Under the pieces are notes generated by a model. That model saw only the letters and a program-made list of their open reading frames with translations, made no database searches and was not told the DNA's origin. Positions 1 through 15,000 of a stretch of 64,000 bases of DNA are shown in pieces (the first letter of the stretch is position 1; every line of letters begins with the position of its first letter). The position numbers and the translations under genes were made by a program. The DNA is taken from assembly GCA_964016885.1 (NCBI GenBank), contig OZ024743.1, positions 98,766,001 through 98,830,000 on the forward strand, in the 5' to 3' direction. This stretch comes from Eledone cirrhosa. Its lineage: Eukaryota.

Positions 1-3000
1 GAACCATATAGATCAGTGGTTCGAGAAGGTTGAACCATATAGATTAGTTGTTCTAGAAGGTTGAACCACTATAGAGCAGTGGTTCTAGAAGGGTGAACCA
101 CTGTATAGAGCAGTGGTTCTAGAAGGTTGAACCATATATTGCAGTTCTAGAAGGTTGAACCATATAGAGCAGTGGTTATAGAAGGTTGAACCATATAGAG
201 CAATGGTTCTAGAAGGTTGAACAACTGTATAGAGTAGTGGTTATAGAAGGTTGAACCGTATAGATCAGTGGTTCTAGAAGGTTGAACCACTCTATAGTGC
301 AATGGTTCTAGAAGGTTGAACCACTGTATAGATCAGTGGTTCAAGAAGGTTGAACCACTGTATAGAGCAGTGGTTCTAGAAGGTTGAACCATATAGTGCA
401 GTGGTTCTAGATGTTTGAACCACTGTATAGAGCAGTGGTTCTAGAAGGTTGAACCACTCTATAGAGCAGTGCTTCTAGAAGGTTGATCCATACAGATCAG
501 TAGTTCTAGAAGATTGAACCAGTGTATAGAGAGCAGTGGTTCTAGACGTTTGAACCACTGTATAGAGCAGTGGTTATAGAAGGTTGAACCACTGTATAGA
601 ACAGTGGTTCAATAAGGTTGAACCACTGTATAGAGCAGTGGTTCTAGAAGGTTGAACCACTGTATAGAGCAGTGGTTCTAGAAGGTTGAACCACTGTATA
701 GAACAGTGGTTCAAGAAGGTTGAACCACTGTATAGAGCAGTGGTTCAAGAAGGTCGAACCACTGTATAGAACAGTGGTTCTAGAAGGTTGAACCATATAG
801 ATTAGTGGTTCTAGAAGTTTGAACCACTCTATAGAGCAGTGGTTCTAGAAGGATCAACCACTCTATAGAGCAGTGGTTCTAGAAGGTTGAACCACTGCAT
901 AGAGCAGTGGTTCTAGAAGGCTCAACCATATAGATCAGTGGTTGTAGAAGGTTGAACCACTCTATAGAACAGTGGTTCTAGAAGGTTGAACCACTCTATA
1001 GATCAGTGCTTCTAGAAGTTTGAACCACTATATAGATCAGTGGTTCTAGAAGTTTGAAGCACTGTATGGAGCAGTTGTTCTAGAAGGTTGAACTCTATAG
1101 ATCAGTGGTTCTAGAAGGGTGAACCACTCTATAGAGCAGTGGTTCTAGAAGGTTGAACCACCCTATAGAGCAGTGGTTCTAGAAGGTTGAACCATATAGT
1201 GCAGTGGTTCTAGAAGTTTGAACCACTGTATAGAGCTGTGGTTCTAGAAGTTTGAACCACCGTATAGAGCAGTGGTTCTAGAAGGTTGAACCACTGTATA
1301 GAACAGTGCATTAAGAAGGTTGAACCACTGTATAGTGCAGTGGTTCTAGAATGTTGAACCACTATATAGAGCAGTGATTCTAGAGGGGTGAAACACTCTA
1401 TAGAGCAGTGTTTCTAGAATGTTGAACCATATAGAACAGTGGTTCTAGAAGGTTGAACCATTGTATAGATCAGTGGATCTAGAAGGTTGAACCATATAGG
1501 GCAGTGGTTTTAGAAGGTTGAACCACTGTATAGAGCAGTGGTTCTAGAAGGTTGAACCATATAGAGCAGTGGTTCTAGGTTGAACCACTGTATAGAGCAG
1601 TGGTCCTAGAATGTTGAACCATATAGATATGTGGTTCTAGAAGTTTGAACCACTCTATAGAACAGTGGTTTTAGAAGGTTGAACCACTGTATAGAGCAGT
1701 GGTTCAAGAAGTTTGAACCTCTCTATAGAGCAGTTGTTCTAGCAGGTTGAACCATATAGATTAGTTGTTTTAGAAGGTTGAAGCATTATAGAGCAGTGGT
1801 TCTAGAAGGGTGAACCACTCTATAGAGCAGTGGTTCTAGAAGGTTGAACCACTCTATAGTGCAGTCGTTCTATAAGGTTGAACCACTGTATAGAGCAGTG
1901 GTTCTAGAAGGTTGAACCATATATTGCAGTTGTTCTAGAAGGTTGAACCATATAGAGCAGTGGTTATAGAAGGTTGAACCATATAGAGCAATGGTTCTAG
2001 AAGGTTGAACCACTGTATAGATCAGTGGTTCAAGAAGGTTGAACCACTGTATAGAGCAGTGGTTCTAGAAGGTTGAACCATATAGTGCAGTGGTTCTAGA
2101 TGTTTAAACCACTGTATAGAGCAGTGGTTCTAGAAGGTTGAACCACACTATAGAGCAGTGCTTATAGAAGGTTGATCCATATAGATCAGTGGTTCTAGGA
2201 GGTTGAACCACTGTATAAAGAGCAGTGGTTCTAGACGTTTGATCCACTGTATAGATCAGTGGTTCTAGAAGGTTGAACCACATAGGGCAGTGGTTCTAGA
2301 AGGTTGAACCACTGTATAGAGGATTGGTTCTAGAAGGTTGAACCATATAGAGCAGTGTTTCTAGAAGGTTGAACCACTTTATAGAGTAGTTGTAGAAGGT
2401 TTAACCATATAGAGCAGTGGTTCAAGTAGGTTGAACCACTCTGTAGATCAGTGGTTTTAGAAGGTTAAACCATATAGATCAGTGGTTCTAGAAGGTTGAA
2501 CCACTCTATAGAACAGTGGTTGTAGAAGCTTGAACCACTGTATAGATCAGTGATTCTAGAAGCTTGAACCACTCTATAGAGCAGGGGTTCTAGAAGGTTG
2601 AACCACTCTATAGAGTAGTGGTTCTAGAAGCTTGAACCATATAGAGCAGTGGTTCAAGAAGTTTGAACCACTGTGTAGATCAGTGATTTTAGAAGGTTGA
2701 ACCATATAGATCAGTGGTTCTAGAAGGTTGAATCACTCTATAGAACAGTGGTTGTAGAAGGTTGAACCACTGTATAGAGCAGTGGTTCTAGAAGGTTGAA
2801 CCACTCTATAGAGACAGTGGTTCTAGAAGGTTGAACCATATAGATCAGTGGTTCACGAAGGTTGAACCACTGTATAGAGAGCAGTGATTCTAGAAGTTTG
2901 AACCACTGTATAGATCAGTGGTTCTAGTATGTTGAACCATATAGATAAGTGGTTCTAGAAGGTTGAACCACTCTATAGAGCAGTGGTTTAAGAAGGTTGA

Positions 3001-6000
3001 ACCACTGTATAGAGCAGTTATTCTAGAAGGTTGAACCACTGTGTAGAGCAGTGGTTCTAGAGGGTTGAACCACTGTATAGAACAGTGGTTCAAGAAGGTT
3101 GAACCACTGTATAGAACAGTGGTTTTAGAAGGTTGAACCATATAGATCAGTGGTTCTAGAAGGTTGAACCACTCTATAGAGCCGTGATTCTAGAAGGTTG
3201 TACCACTGTATAGATCAGTGGTTCTAGAAGGTTGAACCATATAGTGCAGTGGTTCTAGAAGGTTGAACCATATAGAGCAGTGGTTATAGAAGGTTGAACC
3301 ACTGTATAGAGAGCAGTGGTTCTAGAAGGTTGAACCACTGTATAAAATAGTGGTTCTAGAAGGTTGAACCATATAGCTCAGTGGTTCTAGAAGTTTGAAC
3401 CACTGTATAGAGCAGTTGTTCTAGAAGGTTGAACCATATAGATCAGTGGTTCTAGAAGGTTGAACCACTATAGGCAGTGGTTCTAGAAGGGTGAACCACT
3501 ATATCGAGCATTGGTTCTAGAAGGTTGAACCACTCTATAGTACAGTGGTTCTAAAAGGTTGTACCATATAGAGCAGTGGTTCTAGAAGGGTGAACCACTA
3601 CAGAGCAGTGGTTCTAGAAGTTTGAACCAATCTATAGAGCAGTGGTTCTAGAAGGTTGAAACATATAGAGCAGTGGTTCAAGAAGGTTGAAACACTGTAT
3701 ACATCCGTGTTTCAAGAAGGTTGAACTACTGTATAGAGCAGTGGTTCTAGAAGTTTGAACCACTCTATAGAGCAGTGGTTCTAGAAGATTGAGCCACTGT
3801 ATAGAGCAGTGGTTCTAGAAGTTTAAATCAGTCTATAGACCAGTGGTTCTAGAATGTTGTACCATATAGAGCAGTGGTTCTAGAAGTTTGAACCACTATA
3901 GAGCAGTGGTTCTAGAAGTTTGAACCAATCTATAGAGCAATGGTCCAAGAAGGTTGAACCACTGTATAGAGCAGTTATTCTAGAAGGTTGAACCATATAG
4001 ATCAGTGGTTCTAGAAGGTTGAACCACTGTATAGAACAGTGGTTCTAGAAGGGTGAACCACTCCATAGAGCAGTGGTTCTAGAAGGGTGAACCACTCTAT
4101 AGAGCAGTGGATCTAGAAGGTTGAACCACTGTATAGATCAGTGGTTCTAGAAGGTTGAACGATATAGATCAGTGGTTATAGAAGTTTGAACCACTGTATA
4201 CATCAGTTGTTGTAGAAGCTTGAACCACTGTATAGAACAGTGTTTCTAGAAGGGTGAACGACTCTATAGAGCAGTGGTTCTAGAACGTTGAACCATACAG
4301 AGCAGTGGTTCTAGAAGGTTGAACCATATAGAGCAGTGGTTCAAGAAGTTTGAACCACTGTATAGAGCAGTGGTTCTAGAAGGTTGAACCACTGTATAGG
4401 GCAGTTGTTCTAGATGGTTGAACCACCGTATAGTGCAGTGGTTCTAGAAGGTTGAACCACTGTATAGAAGAGTGGTTCAAGAAGGTTGAACCACTGTATA
4501 GAGCAGTTGTTCAAGAAGGTTGAACCACTGTATAGAACAGTGGTTCTAGAAGGTTGAACAATATAGATCAGTGGTTCTAGAAGGTTGAAACACTCTATAG
4601 AGCAGTGATTCTAGAAGGGTGAACCACTCTTTAGAGCAGTGGTTCTAGAAGGGTCAACCATATAGAGCAGTGGTTCAAGAAGTTTGAACCATATAGATCA
4701 GTGGTTCTAGAAGGTTGAACCACTGTATAGATCAGTGCTTCTAGAAGTATTAACCACTCTATAGAGCAGTGGTTCAATAAGGTTGAACCACTGTATAGAG
4801 CAGTTGTTCTAGAAGGTTGAACCATATAGATCAGTGTATTTAGAAGGTTGAACCATATAGGGCAGTGGTTCTAGAAGGTTGAAATACTGTAAAGAGCAGT
4901 GGTTCTAGAAGGTTGAACCACCGTATAGATCAGTGGTTCTAGGAGGTTGAACCATATAGATCAGTGGTTCTAGAAGGGTGAACCACTGCAGAGAGCAGTG
5001 GTTCTAGAAGTTTGAACCACTGTATAGAGCAGTGGTTCTAGAAGGTCGAACCACTGTATAGAACAGTGGTTCAAGAAGGTTGAACCACTGTATAGAGCAG
5101 TGGTTTTAATAGGTTGAAACACTGTATAGAGCAGTGATTCTAGAAGAGTGAAACACTCTATAGAGCAGTGGTTCAAGAACGTTGAACCATATAGAACAGT
5201 GTTTCCAGAAGGTTGAACCACTCTATAGATCAGTGGATCTAGAATGTAGAACCATATAGGGCAGTGGCTCTAGAAGGTTGAACCACTCTATAGAACAGTG
5301 GTTGTAGAAACTTGAACAACTGTATAGATCAGTGGTTCCAGAAGGTTGAACCACTCTATAGAGCAGTGGTTCAAGAAGTTTGAACCACTGTATAGATCAG
5401 TGGTTCTAGAATGTTGAACTATATAGATCAGTGTTTCTAGAAGTTTGAACCACTCTATAGAGCAGTGGTTTTAGAAGATTGAACCACTGTATAGAGCAGT
5501 GGTTCTAGAAGGTTGAACCACTGTATAGAGCAGTGGTTCTAGAAGGTTGAACCACTCTATAGAGTAGTGCTTCTAGAAGGTTGAACCACATAGATCATTG
5601 GTTCTAGAAGGTTGAACCACTGTATAGAGAGCAGTGGTTCTAGACGTTTGAAGCACTGTATAGATCAGTGGTTCTAGAATGTTAAGCCATAAAGATCTGT
5701 GGTTCTAGAAGTTTGAACTACTCTATAGAGTAATGGTTTTAGAAGGTTGAACCACTGTATAGAGCAGTGGTTCTAGAAGGTTGAACCACTGTATAGAACA
5801 GTGGTTCACGAAGGTTGAACCACTGCATAGAACAGTGGTTCTAGAAGGTTAAACCAGATAGATCAGTGGTTCTAGAAAGTTGAACCACTCTATAGTGCAG
5901 TGATTCTAGAAGGGTGAACCACTTTATAGAGCAGTTGTTCTAGAAGGGTCAACCATATAGAGCAGCGGTTCAAGAAGTTTGAACCATATAGATCAGTGGT

Positions 6001-9000
6001 TCTAGAAGGTTGAACCACTCTATAGAACTGTGGTTCTTGAAGGTTGAACCACTGTATAGATCAGTGCTTCTAGAAGTTTGAACCAGTCTGTAGAGCAGTG
6101 GTTCTAGAAGGTTGAACAACTGTATAGAGAGCAGTGGTTCTAGAAGATTGAACCACTGTATAGAGTAGTGGTTCTAGATGGTTGAACGATATAGAGCAGT
6201 GGTTCAAGAATTTTGAACCACTGTGTAGATCAGTGGTTTTAGAAGGTTGAACCATATAGATCAGTGGTTCTAGAAGGTTGAACCACTCTATAGAACAGTG
6301 GTTGTAGAAGGTTGAACCATTGTATATATCAGTGGTTCAAGAAGGTTGAACCACTCTATAGAGCAGTGGTTCTAGACGGTTGAACCACTTTATAGAGCAG
6401 TACTTCTAGAAGGTTGAACCATATAGATCATTGGTTCTAGAAGGTTGAACCACTGTATAGAGAGCAGTGGTTCTACACGTTTGAACCACTGTATAGATCA
6501 GTGGTTCTAGAATGTTGAACCATATAGATCTGTGGATCTAGAAGTTTGAACTACTCTATAGAGCAGTGGTTTAAGAAGGTTGAACCACTGTATAGAGCAG
6601 TGGTTCTAGATGGTTGAACCACTGTATAGAGCAGTGGTTCTAGAAGATTGAACTACTGTATAGAACAGTGGTTCAAGAAGGTTGAACCACTGCATAGAAC
6701 AGTGGTTCTAGAAGGTTGAACCATATAGATCAGTGGTTCAATAAGTTTGAACCATATAGATCAGTGGTTCTAGAAGGTTGAACCATTCTATAGAACAGTG
6801 GTTCTAGAAGGTTGAACCACTGTATAGATCAGTACTTCTAGAAGTTTGAACCACTCTATAGAGCAGTGGTTCAAGAAGGTTGAACCACTGTATAGAGCAT
6901 TTTTTGAACCACTATATAGATTAGTGGTTCTAGAAGGTTGAACCACTCTATAGATCAGTGGTTCTAGAAGTTTGAAACTCTGTATAGAGCAGTGGTTTAG
7001 AAGGTTGAACCACTGTATAGATCAGTGGTTCTAGGAGGTTTAACCATATAGATCAGTGGTTCTCGAAGGTTGATCCACAGTATAGAGCAGTGTTTCTAGA
7101 AGGGTGAACTACTCTATAGAGCAGTGGTTCTAGAAGGTTGAACCATATAGAGCAATGGTTCTAGAACGTTGAACCACTGTATAGATCAGTTGTTCTAGAA
7201 CGTTGAACCACTGTATAGATCAGTGGATCTAGAAGGTGGAACCATATAGGGCAGTGGTTCTAGAAGGTTAAACCACTGTATAGAGTAGTGGTTCTTGAAG
7301 CTTGAACGATATAGAGCAGTGGTTCAAGAAATTTGAACCACTGTGTAGATCAGTGGTTTTAGAAGGTTGAACCATATAGATCAGTGGTTCTAGAAGGTTG
7401 AACCACTCTATAGAACAGTGGTTGTAGAAGGTTGAACCAGTGTATAGATCGGTGTTTCTAGAAGGTTGAGCCACTCTATAGAGCAGTGGTTCTAGAAGGT
7501 TGAACCACTCTATATAAAGCAGTGCTTCTAGAAGGTTGAACCATATAGATCATTGGTTCTAGAACGTTGAACCACTGTGTAGAGAGCAGTGGTTCTAGAC
7601 GTTAGAACCACTGTATAGATCAGTGGTTCTAGAATGTTGAACCATATAGATCTGTGATTCTAGAATTTTGAACTACTCTATAGAGCAGTGGTTCTATAAG
7701 GTTGAACCACTGTATAGAACAGTGGTTCAAGAAGGTTGAAACACTGTACAGAGCAGTTGTTCAAGAAGTTTGAATCACTGTATAGAACAGTGGTTCAAGA
7801 AGGTTGAACCACTGTATAGAGCATTGTTTCTAGAAGATTGAACCACTATATAGATCAGTGGTTCTAGAAGGTTGAACCACTGTATAGAGCAGTTGTTCTA
7901 GAAGGATGAAACCTATAGATCAGTGGTTCTAGAAGGTTGAACCATTCTATAGATCAGTGGTTCTAGAAGGTTGAACCACTCTATAGAGCAGTGGTTCAAG
8001 AAGTTTGAAACACTGTATAGAGCATTGTTTCTAGAAGATTGAACCAGTGTATAGAGCAGTGGTTCTAGAAGGTTGAACCACTGTAAAGAGCAGTGGTTCT
8101 AGAAGGTTGAACCATATAGAGCAGTGGTTCTAGAAGGTTGAACCACTGTATAGAGTAATGGTTCGACAATGTTGAACAATATAGATCAGTGGTTCTAGAA
8201 GTTTGAACACCTGTATAGAGAGCAGTGGTTCTAGAAGGTTGAACCACTGTATAGATCAGTGGTTCTAGAACGTTGAACCATATAGAACAGTGGTTCTACA
8301 AGTTTAAACCATATAGGGCAGTGGTTCTAGAAGGTTGAAACATTGTATAGAGCAGTGGTTCTAGAAGGTTGAACGATATAGAGCGGTGGTTCTAGAAGGT
8401 TGAACCCCTCTATAGAGCAGTGGTTCTAGAATGTTGAACCATATAGATCAGTGGTTCTAGATGGTTGAACAACTGTTTAGAGAGCAGTGGTTCTGGAAGT
8501 TTGAACCACTGTATAGAGTAGTGGTTCTAGAAGGTTAAACGATATAAAGCAGAGGTTCAAGAATTTTCAACCACTGTGTAGATCAGTGGTTTTAGAAGGT
8601 TGAACCATATAGATCAGTGGTTCTAGAAATCTGAACCACTGTATAGAACAGTTGTTCTAGCAGGTTGAACCATATAGATCAGTGGTTCTAGAAGGTTGAA
8701 CCACTCTATAGATCAGTCGTTCTAGAAGGTTGACCCATACAGAGCAGTGGTTCTAGAAGGTTGAACCAATCTATAGAGCAGTGGTTCAAGAAGTTTGAAA
8801 CACTGTATAGAGCAGTGGTTTTAGAAGGTTGAACCACCGTAGGGATCAGTGGTTCTAGAACGTTGAACCATATAGAACAGTGGTTCTACAAGTTTGAACC
8901 ATATAGGGCAGTGGTTCTAGAAGGGTGAACCACCGTATAGAGCAGTGGTTCTAGCAGGTTGAACCATATAGGGCAGTGGTTCAAGAAGGTTGAACCACTA

Positions 9001-12000
9001 TATAGAGCAGTGGTTTTAGAAGGTTGAACAACTGTATAGAGCAGTGATTCTAGAAGCGTGAAACAATCTATAGAGCAGTGGTTCTAGAACGTTGAACCAT
9101 ATAGAACAGTGGTTCAAGAAGTTTGAACCACTGTATAGATCAGTGGATCTAGAAGGTTGAACCATATAGGGCAGTGGTTCTAGAAGGTTGAACTACTGTA
9201 AAGAGCAGTGGTTCTAGAAGTTTGAACCATATAGAGCAGTGGTTCTAGAAGGTTGAACCACTGTATAGAGCAGTGGTTCGAGAATATTGAACAATATAGA
9301 TCAGTGGTTCTAGAAGGTTGAACAACTGTATAGAGAACAGTGGTTCTAGAAGGTTGAACCACTGTATAGAGTAGTGGTTCTAGAATGTTGAAGCATATAG
9401 AGCAGTGGTTTTAGAAGGTTGAACCATATAGATCTGTGGTTCTAGAAGGTTGAACCACTCTATAGAACAGTGGTTGTAGAAACTTGAACCACTGTATAGA
9501 TCAGTGGTTCTAGAAGGTTGAACCACCGTAGAGATCAGTGCTTCTAGGAGGTTGAACCATATAGATCAGTGGTTCTAGAAGGTTGATCCGCTGTATAGAG
9601 CAGTGGTTCTAGAAGAGTGAACCACTGTATAGAGCAGTGGTTCTAGAAGGTTGAACCATATAGGGCAGTGGTTCAAGAAGGTTGAACCACTGTATAGATC
9701 AGTGGTTCTAGAAGGTTGAACCACTGTATAGAGAAGTGGTGCTAGAAGTTTGAACCACTGTATTGAGCAGTAGTTCTAGAAGGTTGAAGCACTGTATAGA
9801 ACAGTGGTTCAAGAAGGGTGAAACACTCTATAGAGCAGTGGTTCTAGAACGTTGAACCATATAGAACAGTGGTTGAACCATATAGGGCAGTGGTTCTAGA
9901 AGGTTGAACCATTCTAAAGAGCAGTGGTTCTAGAAGGTTGAACCACTGTAAAGAGCAGTGGTTCTAGAAGGTTGAACCATATAGAACAGTGGTTCTAGAA
10001 GGTTGAACCACTGTATAGATCAGTGGATCTAGAAGTTTGAACCATATAGGGCAGTGGTTTTAGAAGGTTGAACCACTGTATAGAGCAGTGGTTCTAGAAG
10101 GTTGAACCATATAGAGCAGTGGTTCTAGGTTGAACCACTGTATAGAGCAGTGGTTCTAGAATGTTGAACAATATAGATCAGTGGTTCTAGAAGGTTGAAC
10201 AACGGTATAGAACAGTGGTTGTAAAGGTTGAACCATATAGATCAGTGATTCTAGAAGGTTGAACCACTCTATAGAGCAGTGATTCTAGAAGGTTGAACCA
10301 CTGTATAGATCAGTGTTTCTGGAAGGTTGAACCATATAGTGTAGTGGTTCTAGAAGGTTGAACCATATAGAGCAGTGGTTATAGAAGGTTGAACCATATA
10401 GAGCAATGGTTCCAGAAGGTTGAACAACTTTTTAGAGTAGTGGTTCTAGAATTTTGAACCATATAGTGCAGTGGTTCTAGAAGTTTGAATCACTGTATAG
10501 ATCAGTGGTTCTAGAAGGTATAACCATATATTGCAGTGGTTCTAGAAGGTTGAATCATATAGAGCAGTGGTTATAGAAGGTTGAACCATATAGAGCAATC
10601 GTTCTAGAAGGTTGAACAACTGTATAGAGTAGTGTTTCTAGAAGGTTGAACCATATAGATCAGTGGTTCTAGAAGGTTGATCCACTCTATCGTGCAGTTG
10701 TTCTAGAAGGTGGAACCACTGTATAGATCAGTGGTTCTAGAAGGTTGAACCACTCTATAGAGCAGTGGTTCTAGAATGTTGTACCATATAGAGCAGTGGT
10801 TCAAGAAGGTTGAACCACTGTATAGAGCAGTGGTTCTAGAAGGTTGAACCACTGTATAAATCAGTGGTTCGAGAAGGTTGAACTACTGTATAGAGCAGTG
10901 GTTCTAGAAGTTTGAACCACTGTATAGAGCAGTGGTTCAAGAAGGTTGAACCACTGTATAGAGCAGTTGTTCTAGAAGGTTGAACAATATAGATCAGTGG
11001 TTCTAGAAGTTTGAACCACTATAGAGCAGTGGTTCTAGAAGGTTGAACCACTCTATAGAGCAGTTGTTCTAGAAGGTTGAACAACTGTATAGAGTAGTGG
11101 TTCTAGAAGGTTGAACCATATAGATCACTGGTTCTAGAAGGTTGATCCACTCTATCGTGCAGTGGTTCTAGAAGGTTGAACCACTGTATAGATCAGTGGT
11201 TCTAGAAGGTTGAACCACTCTATAGAGCAGTGGTTCTAGAATGTTGTACCATATAGAGCAGTGGTTCAAGAAGGTTGAACCACTGTATAGAGCAGTGGTT
11301 CTAGAAGGTTGAACCATATAGAGCAGTGGTTCAAGAAGGTTGAACCACTGTATAAATCAGGGGTTCGAGAAGGTTGAACTACTGTATAGAGCAGTGGTTC
11401 TAGAAGTGTGAACCACTGTATAGAGCAGTGGTTCAAGAAGGTTGAACCACTGTATAGAGCAGTTGTTCTAGAAGGATGAACCATATAGATCAGTGGTTCT
11501 AGAAGGTTGAACCACTATAGAGCAGTGGTTCTAGAAGCTTAAACCACTCTATAGAGCAGTGGTTCTAGAAGGTTGAACCACTGTATAGTGAAGTGGTTCT
11601 AGAAGGTTGAACCACTCTATAGAGCAGTGGTTCTAGAATGTTGTACCATATAGTGCAGTGGTTCTAGAAGGTTGAACCACTGTATAGAGCAGTGGTTCTA
11701 GAAGTTTGAACCACTGTATAGTTCAGTGGTTCTAGAAGGTTGATCCATATATTGCAGTGGTTCTAGAAAGTTGAGCCATATAGAGCAGTGGTTATAGAAG
11801 GTTGAACCACTGTATACATAAGTGGTTCTAGAAGGTTGAACGACTCTATAGAGCAGTGGTCCTAGAAGATTGATCCACTGTATAGAGCAGTGGTTCTAGA
11901 AGGTTAAATCACTTTATAGACCAGTGCTTCTAGAATGTTGTACCATATAGAGCAGTGGTTCAAGAAGGTTGAACCACTCTATAGTGCAGTGGTTCTAGAA

Positions 12001-15000
12001 GGTTGAACCACTGTATAGAGCAGTGGTTCTAGAAGTTTGAACCACTGTATAGATCAGTGGTTCTAGAAGGTTGAACCATATAGAGCAGTGGTTCTAGGTT
12101 GAACCACTGTATAGAGCAGTGGTTCTAGAATGTTGAACAATATAGATCAGTGGTTCTAGAAGGTTGAACAACGGTATAGAGAGCAGTGGTTCTAGAAGGT
12201 TGAACCACTGTATAGTGTAGTGGTTCTAGAATGTTGCACCATATAGAGCAGTGGTTTTAGAAGGTTGAACCATACAGATCAGTGGTTCTAGAAGGTTAAA
12301 CCACCCTATAGAACAGTGGTTGTAGAAGCTTGAACCACTGTATAGATCCGTGGTTCTAGAAGGTTGAAGCACTATAGAGCAGTGGTTCTAGAAGGGTGAA
12401 CCACTCTATAGTGCAGTGGGTCTAGAAGGTTGAACCATATAGATCAGTGGTTCTAGAAGGTTGAACCACTCTATAGAAAAGTGGTTGTAGAAGCTTGAAC
12501 CACTGTATAGATCAGTGATTCTAGAAGGTTGAACCACTCTATCGAGCAGTGGTTCAAGAAGTTTCAACCACTGTATAGATCAGTGGTTCTAGAGTGTTGA
12601 ACCATATAGATCAATGGTTCTAGAAGGTTGAACCACTCTATAGAGCAGAGGTTTTAGAAGGTTGAACCACTGTATAGAGCAGTAGTTCTAGAAGGTTGAA
12701 CGACTGTATAGAGCAGTGGTTCTAGGAGGTTGAACCACTATTAAAGAACAGTGATTCAAGATGATTGAACCAATGTATAGAGCAGTGGTTCAAGAAGGTT
12801 GAACCATATAGTGCAGTGGTTCTAGAAGGTTGAACCATATAGAGCAGTGGTTATAGAAGGTTGAACCATATAGAGCAATGGTTCCAGAAGGTTGAACCAC
12901 TCTATAGAGCAGTGGTTCTAGAATTTTGAACCATATAGTGCAGTGGTTCTAGAAGTTTGAATCACTGTATAGATCAGTGGTTCTAGAAGGTATAACCATA
13001 TATTGCAGTGGTTCTAGAAGGTTGAATCATATAGAGCAGTGGTTATAGAAGGTTGAACCATATAGAGCAATGTTTCTAGAAGGTTGAACAACTGTATAGA
13101 GTAGTGGTTCTAGAAGGTTGAACCATATAGATCAGTGGTTCTAGAATGTTGTACCATATAGAGCAGTGGTTCAAGAAGGTTGAACCACTGTATAGAGCAG
13201 TGGTTCTAGATGGTTGAACCACTGTATAAATCAGTGGTTCGAGAAGGTTGAACTACTGTATAGAGCAGTGGTTCAAGAAGGTTGAACCACTGTATAGAGC
13301 AGTTGTTTTAGAAGGTTGAACCATATAGATCAGTGGTTCTAGAAGGTTGAACCACTATAGAGCAGTGGTTTTAGAAGGTTGAACCACTCTATAGAGCAGT
13401 GGTTCTAGAAGGTTGAACAACTCTATAGAGTAGTGGTTCTAGAAGGTTGAACCATATAGATCACTGGTTCTAGAAGGTTGATTCACTCTATCGTGCAGTG
13501 GTTCTAGAAGGTTTAACCACTGTATAGATCAGTGGTTCAAGAAGGTTGAACCACTGTATAGAGCAGTGGTTCTAGAAGGTTGAACCATATAGAGCAGTGG
13601 TTCTAGAAGTTTGAACCACTGTATATAGCAGTGGTTCAAGAAGGTTGAACCACTGTATAGAGCAGTTATTCCAGAAGGTTGAACCATATATTGCAGTGGT
13701 TCTAGAAGGTTGAACCATATAGAGCAGTGGTTATAGAAGGTTGAACCATATAGAGCAATGGTTCTATAAGGTTGAACAACTGTATAGAGTAGTGGTTCTA
13801 GAAGGTTGAACGACTCTATAGAGCAGTGGTCCTAGAAGATTGATCCACTGTATAGAGCAGTGGTTCTAGAAGGTTAAATCACTTTATAGACCAGTGCTTC
13901 TAGAATGTTGTACCATATAGAGCAGTGGTTCAAGAAGGTTGAACCACTCTATAGTGCAGTGGTTCTAGAAGGTTGAACCACTGTATAGAGCAGTGGTTCT
14001 AGAAGTTTGAACCACTGTATAGATCAGTGGTTCTAGAAGGTTGAACCATATAGAGCAGTGGTTCTAGGTTGAACCACTGTATAGAGCAGTGGTTCTAGAA
14101 TGTTGAACAATATAGATCAGTGGTTCTAGAAGGTTGAACAACGGTATAGAGAGCAGTGGTTCTAGAAGGTTGAACCACTGTATAGTGTAGTGGTTCTAGA
14201 ATGTTGCACCATATAGAGCAGTGGTTTTAGAAGGTTGAACCATACAGATCAGTGGTTCTAGAAGGTTAAACCACCCTATAGAACAGTGGTTGTAGAAGCT
14301 TGAACCACTGTATAGATCCGTGGTTCTAGAAGGTTGAAGCACTATAGAGCAGTGGTTCTAGAAGGGTGAACCACTCTATAGTGCAGTGGGTCTAGAAGGT
14401 TGAACCATATAGATCAGTGGTTCTAGAAGGTTGAACCACTCTATAGAAAAGTGGTTGTAGAAGCTTGAACCACTGTATAGATCAGTGATTCTAGAAGGTT
14501 GAACCACTCTATCGAGCAGTGGTTCAAGAAGTTTCAACCACTGTATAGATCAGTGGTTCTAGAGTGTTGAACCATATAGATCAATGGTTCTAGAAGGTTG
14601 AACCACTCTATAGAGCAGAGGTTTTAGAAGGTTGAACCACTGTATAGAGCAGTAGTTCTAGAAGGTTGAACGACTGTATAGAGCAGTGGTTCTAGGAGGT
14701 TGAACCACTATTAAAGAACAGTGATTCAAGATGATTGAACCAATGTATAGAGCAGTGGTTCAAGAAGGTTGAACCATATAGTGCAGTGGTTCTAGAAGGT
14801 TGAACCATATAGAGCAGTGGTTATAGAAGGTTGAACCATATAGAGCAATGGTTCCAGAAGGTTGAACCACTCTATAGAGCAGTGGTTCTAGAATTTTGAA
14901 CCATATAGTGCAGTGGTTCTAGAAGTTTGAATCACTGTATAGATCAGTGGTTCTAGAAGGTATAACCATATATTGCAGTGGTTCTAGAAGGTTGAATCAT